Below, one piece after another: positions 38,690-48,183 of a stretch of DNA of 64,000 nucleotides. Position 1 is the first letter of the stretch, and every line of letters starts with the position of its first letter. The position numbers and the translations under genes are program-made. Below the pieces are notes generated by a model. The model did not search any database. It had not been told where the DNA came from and worked only from the letters and a program-made list of their open reading frames with translations. This stretch comes from Octopus vulgaris. Lineage: Eukaryota. The DNA is taken from assembly GCA_951406725.2 (NCBI GenBank), contig CATOCA020000017.1, forward strand, positions 1 to 64,000, given 5' to 3'.

Positions 38690-39185
38690 ATAATAGAAAT
38701 ATTAAAAGTACTAAGTCTCTCTAAAAGAGAACAACGGCAGCGTTCCCGGAAAATATTAGTTATCGCCATACCAACATGGCATTCTTATAAAAATAAGAAT
38801 AAAGCTGACCGCTTATTAGCTCCATGAGGCCATCGCCTTAAGTTAGCTATTTGATACACAAACTGTATCCATATAACCTTTGAACAAGGGAGGTCAGTCG
38901 CTCCACACTACTTGGCCGGCAGCTACAGACGCGTTTCGGGGTATTGCCCCTTTTCAATGCAGCGTAGCCAAACCAGTAGGTGTCGCTTCTGACAATCTCT
39001 GTTCAAAGGTTTTATTTACCTAGCTTCGGTGGAATACATCCACTTGTTTTCAATAATAGAAATATTAAAATTACTAAGTCTCTCTAAAAGAGAACAACGG
39101 CAGCGTTCCCGGAAAATATTAGTTATCGCCATACCAACATGGCATTCTTATAAAAATAAGAATAAAGCTGACCGCTTATTAGCTC

Positions 39186-39188
<3 letters not shown>
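38690..39188 (-). mobile_element. Non-coding retrozyme / Penelope-like pLTR-type insert: 363-nt monomer plus 136-nt direct repeat
   Basis: 38690-38825 matches 39053-39188 (one mismatch seen); contains a hammerhead; flanked by (ATT)n. Confidence 0.75.
38908..38979 (-). ncRNA. Type I hammerhead ribozyme (U3-A8 core variant, minimal palindromic stem III)
   Basis: Minus strand: GCUGCA-UUGAAAA-GGGG CAAUA CCCC-GAAA-CGCG-UC/UGUAGC. Stem I GCUGCA:UGUAGC extends through an internal loop (UGGCU:GGCCA, CUACU:AGUAG). Predicted cut between 38928 and 38927. Confidence 0.85.
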
Positions 39189-39260
<72 letters not shown>

Positions 39261-39282
39261 TATTGTTATTATTATTATTATT
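39189..39282. repeat. (ATT)n microsatellite with TTATCA variants; tail of the adjacent SINE
   Basis: Read directly. Confidence 0.95.
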
Positions 39283-39357
39283 CAGGTCACTGCCTGGAAT
39301 CGAATTCGGAATCTTGGGGTTAGTAGCCCGCACTCTTAACCACTACGCCATATGCCC
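39283..39357 (-). mobile_element. Short tRNA-like SINE / pseudo-tRNA with (AAT)n tail
   Basis: Minus strand GGGCATATGGCGTAGTGGTTAAGAGTGCGGG-CTACTAA-CCCCAAGATTCCGAATTCGATTCCAGGCAGTGACCTG-(AAT)n; A and B boxes present; poor acceptor stem. Confidence 0.75.
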
Positions 39358-39365
39358 ACGGGCAT

Positions 39366-40670
39366 TTCAGTTAGGGAAGTGAAGGAAATCAGCCCAAAAA
39401 TGGGCAACTGGAAGGCCCCGGGACCAGATGGAGTTCATGGCTACTGGATCAAAAGATTTGGTGGATGTCATGCACGAATACCTGCACAACTCAACACCTT
39501 GTTAAATGCTGACCAAGTAGCAGCAGAGTGGCTGACAATGAGTAGGACAGTGCTGTGCTTGAAAAACATCAAAAAAGGCAATGGGTAGACAATTACAGGC
39601 CGATATCCTGCTTGCCACTTATTGAGGAAATTATTGACTGGAATACTCGCAGAGTCAATGTAAGGACATCTGGGGAAAATGGAATCCTGCCACATGAGCA
39701 GAAGGGGTGCAAGCGTAAGTGTAGAGGTACCAAGGATCAACTCCTGGTAGACAAAACTGCACTTAGAGACTGCAAGAGGAGGAAAAGTAACTTAGTCATG
39801 TCATGGTTAGATTATCGTACGGCATACAATATGATCACACGTTGTTGGATTATGGAATGTATGAACCTATTTGGTATTGCACTGAATGTTGAGCGATTGC
39901 TTGGAAAAGTATGGCGAAGCGGAGGACGGACCTGACAGCATATAGAAGTTTAGGGACAATAGAAATCAGGAAAGGCATCTTCCAAGGGGATTGCCTGTCC
40001 TCAATGATCTTTGTGCTGTGCATGATACCACTCACACTGAATCTGAGGAAAGCAAACACTGGGTATGTATGTATTCAAAAGCCGCCAACAAAATATGAAT
40101 CACTTGTTATTCATGGATGACCTCAAACTTTATGGTAAAGATGAATCACAAGTCAGTTCCCTCGTTGATACGGAGTATACTTTCAGTGCTGATATCATAA
40201 TGGAGTTTAGATTGAAAAAGTGTGGTGTGTTCGCCTTGAAGGCAAGCAAAATTGAATGTATGGACGGGCTAGCGATACCGTCGGGAGAGGTTACGGAGCA
40301 AATTAAAAGGCGAGATGCTGGAAATGGAGATACTGGAAATGGATAAATTGATGGAGAAAGAAATGACAGAAAAATTTGAAGTGGAGTACTTGCGGAGACT
40401 TAGACTGATCCTTAAGTCGAAGTTAAACGGACAGAGTAAGATTGAAGCTATCAAAACCTGGGCAGTTTCACTCCTGAGATATGGAGCAATGATAATCACA
40501 TGGGCAATAGACGAACTAAATAGCTTAGACAGAAAGACAAGGAAGTTGCTAACTAAATATGGGATACTTCACCCAAAAAAGTGACAGAGACAGACTGTAT
40601 GTACCAAGAAAATGAGGGTAGGACTGATGGGATGCGAACATAGCATTAGAGCAGAAGAAAACAACATAAC
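39366..40670 (+). pseudogene. Decayed R4/Dong-like RT fragment
   Basis: NWKAPGPDGVHGYWIK, NYRPISCL, EQKGCKRKCRGTKDQLL, GIFQGDCLS, LFMDDLK spread over broken frames. Confidence 0.85.
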
Positions 40671-40671
40671 A

Positions 40672-43600
40672 TGTCACATTCACCCACCTTTCAACAAACT
40701 TACTGGGTGACAGCACCTCTCTCTCCAGTCTCACTTTCCTTTTCAGGTCCCACCTGAAAAGTTAATGAGGCCTTGGCTGAAGAGGAAGGCACCCGTCTTA
40801 AACCCTTTTAATCGCATCCACCACACAACATCTTTCGCCATAACCACCAAACAGAGAAAAAACTGCCTGTCCTTCTGGCCAAAGGAAAGGAGGCGTGGTG
40901 ATTTAACACGATTAACTCAGACGATAACTGGATCCATCCTACACATGACAATAACTGTTCGACAAAGCTCCACAAGTCAGTAATACGTGGAAACTGTACG
41001 AGAGCATGCACAACAGTTTCATCGCTCCGCGTGCATCTCAGACAAGCCTGTAGAGCTCATGCCTGTAGAGCTTATCGCGAACCGGCCGAGCCAATCCCAC
41101 ACCATCCCACCCAACCAACCCCAGTAGCACTACCAGGCCAGGAATTTCTCGAAGTTATCCATAGGTCCCGGTCTGAAAGTCCTCCAGAAAAGACCAGCCA
41201 GTTGATCCCTCCTGATGCCCTGAACCGCTCCGAGAACATCGTCACTCTTGCCCTCCATTAATCCCCCATAGAACTCCAAGGTGGAACTTCCATCGACTTC
41301 CTTGCCCAACTGGCCGAGGGCTGTGACCATTTGGAGACACTCTAGGTGCCAAGAGACCCTCCTCGGTCGACGCCTGATCCAGAACTGTTGCCACGTCAAG
41401 GAGACGAGCTGCGAAAAAGCACGTCCAACAGCAACCACGCCTGCTCACTGTTAAGGTATTGCTGGAGATGTCGCTGCCTCAGTGCATGTCTACGCATCAT
41501 CAGCCATGGCAAACCCAGTCCTCCATGCAACAGACTGTCTAACAAGCGATACCTGTCCCTTCCACAGGAAGCAGAAGTGTAAGCGCACCAGCTGAGCAAG
41601 AAACGACAGTCAGGCAGTAGTATATGACGGGTGCGATGTATGCATTCGCCACCTCCACCCGACCTTTCAGGAACAGCTTCCTCTCGGCCCATTTCTGGTT
41701 GAGACTGGCTACCCTGTCTGTCATCTCACCCCAGTTCTTGTCCACTTGGAGGTCCGGACCGAATCAGACCCTGAGCAACTTAAATAGTTCTTCTTCCAGC
41801 ACCCCACAACGCTGTCTGTCGGTAAGGATCTGCCTCTCCACGTGCCGAGCTGTAAGCCCACTCACTTCTGGTTAATCATTGCTCCTGTTACTGCTTCGTA
41901 TTCCTTTAGGATAGTGCCGACCATCTCGATTTCCGAGATGTTTGACACCATCACGTTGACGTCATCTGCATATGCCAACACGAACCTTCCGCATCCTAGT
42001 TTACGCCGGATGCCCCTCAAAACATCCAGCTTCCGCAGTAATGGCTCGAGTGCCAGTAGGTAGAGAAGGAGTGAGAGTGGACAACCATGTCAAACCGAAT
42101 GTGCGATGCTAAATGATCCTGACATTTACTTTGACCACCGAAAAGATGTCGCTGTACATTGCAGCGATCCAGCCTCTGAAAACGGAACCAAAACCAGCCA
42201 CCTTAAGGACAGCCTCCAAGTACCGATGGTTCACCCTATCAAAAGCTCTCGATAGTGCCCTACCTATGCCAGGATCTTTACCAATCCTCTCTATTATGTA
42301 TCGTGTGAGGTGGAGGTTGTTGTGGTTAGATCAGTCGGGGATAGTGCAAGTCTGCACATCATCCACCAGTCTGTCAACGACAAGCGCTAGCCTCTTTGCT
42401 AATACCTCGGCCAAAATTTTGTAATTTGCATTTAACAGAGTTACAGGCCTAAAGTTATCAACAATGTCACCCTTGTTCAGATTCTTTCTAAGTAGCGTCA
42501 CCACACCTAGGCTCACAAATATGGAGTTTCTCTCATTTTGCTGCCAGTTGCAGTAGACACCTCATAAAAGCTCACTAAACAAGTCTTGCATACGATTATA
42601 AAGCACGAAATGTAGACCATCCAATCCCGGAGACTTCTCCCTCGTGCAAGTAGCTAATGCAACACGTATATCTTCAGCTGTTATCGGCATTTCGCATCAC
42701 TCCACATCGTTGGCCGAAAGCCACGGCAGACCATCGAAGTAGGAAGTGAAGTTCACCTCTGCCTCCAGACCACCACACACCCTGTACAGTTTAACAAAGT
42801 GCCGCTGAAATTCTGCATAGACCTGTTTGGACTTGTGTAGCATGGGCCCATCCTGACTCCTCAAAGACCGAATTTAGTTTTATTACCACTTTGCGTATTG
42901 CTCACCTAGGCCCATCGAATGGCTTTCATTCCCTCCTGTTTAAGTGCACATGCCCTAGTTCTGACACTGCAACCTCCATGCTTGGTTCTGAAGAATTGGT
43001 TCAGAACCTATCTCGCCGCCAGCACGTCGGTCGCTATGCCTCTACTGAATGTCGCTTCTGATTTCCTAACTAGGTCTCCCTCCACTCTAGTTTTCTCTAT
43101 CATTAGTTCTCGACAAAATACTACAGCATCTACTATCATCGACGTTTTAGGGCTACCCACCATCGGTTGTTGACTTGCACCCGTCGACTCTTGATGGACT
43201 AACTTGTTAAGTCGTTCTGAAATCTTGGTGTGCCGGGAAGGATGAGCTCAGCTTCCAGTATCTCGGTAGCCTGCCAATGAAGCCTATCAAGGTCAAATCT
43301 GTGATCTTTATAGCTGACTAGTTCGAATTGTATACAACCTATGCTTTCCTTATCTGCTGGCCTACAAAACACCCTATCAAGATAAGACCTGGATGACCTG
43401 ATGCTAAAGCCCATGTCCACACTTGGGCATACAGGTAATCCAGTTTAAACCTGTCAGCCAGTTGGAATCGACTGAGCAGGTTTGCAAGGCTTTCGTACCC
43501 CGTTTTCTATTTGCTAGCTCCGCCCAATCCACACATGCATCGAAGATGGCGTTCCAGTCACCCACTAAACACAACAGAGTGACCAGTATAAAAGCATTAG

Positions 43601-45830
43601 CTTCATTATCGTTCACATCTAGGACCACTGGCTTACCTTCTGAGTCCAGGAAGATCAACCCTATCTTGAGTCCAGGTCTTTTCTGAACAATACCGCCACC
43701 TCATCTACCATTCCTGGTCGACTAAGAGATGCAAAGATCTCAAAATCGCCAAAAATGGGTGTTAAGGTGCATGCTTCCACGATCCTGGTCTCACTGATGG
43801 CTATAACATCCAACTTGAGTCACCTGAGGTTATTGAGCAACCCCAGGCCACGTAATGCAACCTACTCTTAGCACCACCATACTGGCCTAAAAGGAAGGAA
43901 AGAAAGATGAGGAATGCTACTTACTCTCATGGTGCCATTGGAGATCGGATGGTCCCACCTCCATTTCTTCGTTGGGTTCTTTTAGGAACCTTTATAGAAG
44001 CCTTGCATTGACATTTACTTGAGGGATTTTTACATCATGTGGAAAGGCACCCCTAATTGTTTGGGAATCCATGTTCACCATCATTTAGTTCTTTGGCACG
44101 TTGCACATGCTAGTCCAAGAAGATTCCCTGCCTCCCACCTTTTTCAATGTCTTCCCTTATTGATAAGAGGGCCATTAGTTCTTTGTTAGCCCTCCTTACT
44201 AACACAAAGGTAACTGCCTGCATCATTGATCTTTGCTGTTCTTGCGTTTGTGGTGTGAGTTTCCTTTGGGGATTTTTATGTCTACAGTGCGGTTATTGGT
44301 GCTTCCAATGCTTTAGCAGATCATTGTGGTACTTCATGAGTTGTCTGAGTGTCTGTGTTCGTTTTGTGGGGTGTAATTTCTTTGTTATCTTATTTTCGTG
44401 CAGGGCAACATGTCTCATTTCTGTGACTTCTTTTCGGTTTTTTGGATTTACTCTGTTCCCCCTCATCATCACTTTCCAATGTGGTAGAAGCAATGTCTGA
44501 TGCAACCTCCTCCTCCTCTCTGTGTGGAATTGAATTTGTATTTGTATGTGTATCTTTTTCTGTGTGTTTGTTTATGAGAGGGGTGTTGTTGAGCTTGGTT
44601 GCAAGGTTGTTGGTTTTCGTGGTTGACCTCTCTGACGGTTTTCCTGTAGGTGCTGTTGTTACGCCCGCTACCGCCGCTGCTATTTTTACTGCTTTCCCTG
44701 TTGTTGGCGGTAATCTTTCTACAGCTGGCACAGTTTTTTTTTTTTTGTTCTTCCAGCTTTGGTGTTGGTGTCAACATTGGTCAACGGACTCCTGTACTTA
44801 TTCGCTGAAGGCTGAATGCTTGTAAGTGTGTTGCTTCACCACAGGCGAAGCAATGAAGCCTTCTGCTCTCGGTGATAAGGGGTATTCCCTCCCGTCCTTG
44901 AGGCAGACATGATCTGGGATGTTCTCCAAGTCTTGTGGTTTTGTTTGGATTAGCATTTCCAAATCCATCTCAACCTAGTCTTCTCTTTGTGTCCGTTGGA
45001 CTTTTAGGAGGAGGATGTCACTTCCCTCTGCGATCACACATCCCACAACCTACCATATATACCTGGTATTATTTCAAGGACTTGAACTTTTATTGTTCTT
45101 CTGCCCATGCAGGACCGGTACATTATGAGCTGGTCAGTTTTACGACGTTTTCTCTGACCCATCTCAGTGTCATCTCCACTTGTAGGTGGGAGGATTGTTC
45201 TGCTCGTCGACACTGCACCGAGATACTTTAGTGTGCTCCTCTTAATTTCCGACCCCACTTCAGCTGGGATTGCAAGGTTAGCCCAGGTTTTATCGCTTTT
45301 AATGAGTTTGTGGGCCTGGGCTAACATTTCTTTTTTGTTGGATATGGTTATCTCATAGTACTTTTGTTGGCATTTCACAGCTGCTGCTGCAAAAGTACTT
45401 GTTCCGCTCTCACTACTGATGGTGGGAGTGGAATCGTTCACGTTATTACTGCTATTATTACTTCCAAATACGCCCACCTTCCTGTTGCTGGTGTTGACGT
45501 TGGTATTGGTTGTTCTCATCGATATTTTTATTGTCGTTATTCATTCTGTTATTGCTTTCTTTTATGCTTCTCTGCTCCGTGTTGTTGGAGTTGTTATTTT
45601 CTGTGTTGAAATCAGTTATCATGGTATTTTCCACATTATTTCCAATTGGGGAGTTAGCAGTTACATTTTTGTTGTCTATTCGACTATCGAGTGATTGTGT
45701 GTTCTCCACTGTGTCACTTTTCTCTGCAAGATTACTTCTTTGTTCTTTGCGGTTAATTTCATCTCTGTCCATAGAGTATGTGGTGCTTTTGGATTCGTTA
45801 TCATTAAGACTATTATTTTATACTCCCTTT
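40672..45830 (-). mobile_element. Decayed Tx1-like LINE of an older sister family (ORF1 about 45800-43917, ORF2 43880-40672), 3' end lost
   Basis: Fragments FLDSEGKPVVLDV, GDWNA, NFRPVTLLN, QKWAERKL, GGLGLPW, FRPGPMDNF, RLEREVLS homologous to array ORF2; 5' boundary approximate. Confidence 0.85.
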
Positions 45831-45884
45831 TAAACAATAATATCAACAAAGACAGTAGTTTTGATGACAAAAATACTTGTCAAG

Positions 45885-46030
45885 CTTCTGAGTTCAAATT
45901 CCGCTGAGGTCGACTTTGCTTTTCATCCTTTCGGAGTCGATAAATTGAGTACCAGTTGTGTATTGAGGGTCGATCTAATCGACTGGGCCCTCTCCCAAAA
46001 CTTTCGAGTCTTGTGCCTAGAGTAGAAGAG
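45885..46030 (+). mobile_element. 5'-truncated tRNA-derived SINE ending in (ATT)n
   Basis: B box GAGTTCAAATTCC, then GAGGTCGACTTTGCTTTTCATCCTTTCGG-GTCGATAAA; related copy at 61345-61500 (-). Confidence 0.75.
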
Positions 46031-46110
<80 letters not shown>

Positions 46111-46166
46111 TATTATTATTATTACTATTATTATTATTATTATTATCATTATAATTATTAATATTA

Positions 46167-46206
<40 letters not shown>

Positions 46207-46250
46207 TATTACTATTATTACTATTATTACTATTATTATTATTATTATTT
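46031..46250. repeat. (ATT)n/(ACT) microsatellite
   Basis: Read directly. Confidence 0.96.
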
Positions 46251-46875
46251 ATGGGTTTTTCTTCTTTCAAATTTGCTTCCATTTCTTGCCGAGTGTCTTC
46301 CCGACTCCTAGGGCAAAGAAACTCATAGTATACATTGGTAGGCCATTAAACTAAACTCACTAGTTCGTTCATTTTTTTTTTATAGAAATAAAGTTAAATT
46401 AAAATACATGGGTAGTAATAGTTCTCACATCAACAATCCTCTTCTCAATACGTGTGATGTACCAGTTAAGACAATCTTTTGCACTTCTTGCAGGGATGGT
46501 AAGCCAGGGATCATTCTCATATAATTTTCGGTTCCCTTCTTGATCGTAGTGCTCCTACGATCACTGGTATTGTAACCGCCTTGAGATGCCACATTTTCTC
46601 AATTTCAATGAGCAGGTCTTTATATTTTCTGAGCTTGTCAAATTCTTTCGCCGAGATTACATAGAAAGTATTTTGCGTAGGATATGAACAGTTCCCATGA
46701 GCACTGTCTTTTGAATTTCTGCCATTTTGGGATTTCCTGGTATCTGAGCTAGATAGTAATCAGCCCTTTTTGCTATCATTCCCAGGGCACCTATGACAAC
46801 AGGTATTGTTTTAGTCTTCAAGTTCCATATTTTGCTAATTTCTATTTCAAGATCTTTATACTTGCTCAGTTTTTT
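46251..46875 (-). mobile_element. Two abutting 3' fragments of R4/Dong-like elements
   Basis: 46653-46875 closely matches 1413-1635; 46440-46652 encodes a different REL C-terminus (KEFDKLRKYKDL...LQEVQKIVLTGTSHVLR), followed by a 3'UTR and TAA repeats. Confidence 0.75.
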
Positions 46876-47149
46876 GTTTCGTCACAGACCTTTTAAAACC
46901 ATTTCAATAGTATGTTCTAACTAATAGAAGGAAGGAAAAAAAGAAAGAAAAATATTTACAATTTATTTTCTGAATGAAATTCATTCATTTGTAGTAATTT
47001 AACCCAAGGTCAACCCTGAGTTAACCTATGATAAAAGGTGTATTCCATCTCATATTATTTCCAAATGTTGTATTACCTAAAGAAGTTTTAGATAATCTTT
47101 TTTAAGATGGCAGGATGTAATTAAGAGGAATTGGTAGCTATTTGTTACA

Positions 47150-48013
47150 TGTCAAACAACCCTCTCAAGACTCCTACCATGGAAGACCTACCATGAGTGT
47201 CAGTCCTGAAAATGTGGTAAAAATTTCTCAGGTTGTGTATGAGGATTGTCGTAGGATAATCACTGGCATTGCTGATATTGTTGGTCTGTCGTATGAGTCT
47301 GTGCACGCAATCCTAACATCTGAATTGAACATGCAGTGTGTCTCTGCCAAGTTTGTCTCCTACCTGCCGACCACTGAGCAGAAATAACATCACATCAAAG
47401 TCTATCTGAATCTCCAATGACCCATCCTTCATGTCAAGGATCATCACTGGTGATGAGAGTTGGGTCTATGGGCACGATCCTGAGATAAAGCAGCAGTCAT
47501 CACAGTGGACCAAAGAATGAATGACAGAGTTGCAGCTCAATCAAGAGCATGCTCATCGTTTATTTCAACATCTGCAGTATTGTGCATTGAGAATTCATTC
47601 CCCAGGAACAGACTCTGAATCAAGACTTCCACTACGATGTTTTGAAGAGTTTGAGGGAGGACATTCGATGAAAGCGACTGGATCTGTGGAGCATCAAGAA
47701 CTGGATTTTTACGCCAACAATGACCTCTCCTTACCCATGAGTTTCTCACCAAAACCAACATGGTATCACTTCAGCACATGCCTTATTTGCCAGATTTAGC
47801 ACCTGCAGACTTTCATCTTTTTCCAAAGATGAAAAAGGTCCTCAACTTGCTCACAGAAAACAACCTCCAGGCCAGATTCCAAAACTGGCAGGAATGCTGA
47901 GACTGGTGTATTGCTGCGCAAGGTGACTATTTCGAAGGAAATGATGCTAAACTTTGGTAAATGAATTATTTTTAAGCATAACTAGTCCAGGAACTTTTTG
48001 ATACCACCTTGTA
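47150..48013 (+). mobile_element. Decayed mariner (Tc1/mariner) transposon, 3' part with right TIR
   Basis: GRP...VSAKFV..L.T.EQK, IITGDESWVYGHDPE.KQQSSQW, PDLAPADFHLFPKMK; terminal AGTCCAGGAACTTTTTGATACCACCTTG-TA at 47984-48013. Confidence 0.85.
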
Positions 48014-48045
<32 letters not shown>

Positions 48046-48079
48046 ATTAATAACAACAACAACAACAACAACAATAATA
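48014..48079. repeat. Compound (ATG)n/(AAC)n/(AAT)n microsatellite
   Basis: Read directly. Confidence 0.9.
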
Positions 48080-48183
48080 GTTTCTTTCATTGAGCACAAG
48101 GGCTTAAGGCATGGAGGACAGTATTAAAGGATGAGTTATAACACACAAAAATAGGTGGGATTTACATCGATCAAAGGGATATA

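Larger units (their letters stand above)
32915..38690 (+). mobile_element. Tx1-like LINE tandem copy 6 (5'-truncated by about 90 nt; mosaic ORF1)
   Basis: Begins at TAATATTTTGTAGCC directly after the ATT tract; normal 3' end. Confidence 0.92.

Noticed and set aside
3550-38690. Array as a pure assembly duplication
   Set aside because: Copies differ in ORF1 type, 5' truncation, a 14-nt deletion and repeat lengths; exact copy number and SNP phasing still need read support
38690-39188. TRIM or LTR mini-element reading of the 136-bp direct repeats
   Set aside because: No TG...CA termini, primer-binding site or polypurine tract seen; the hammerhead fits a retrozyme or pLTR better
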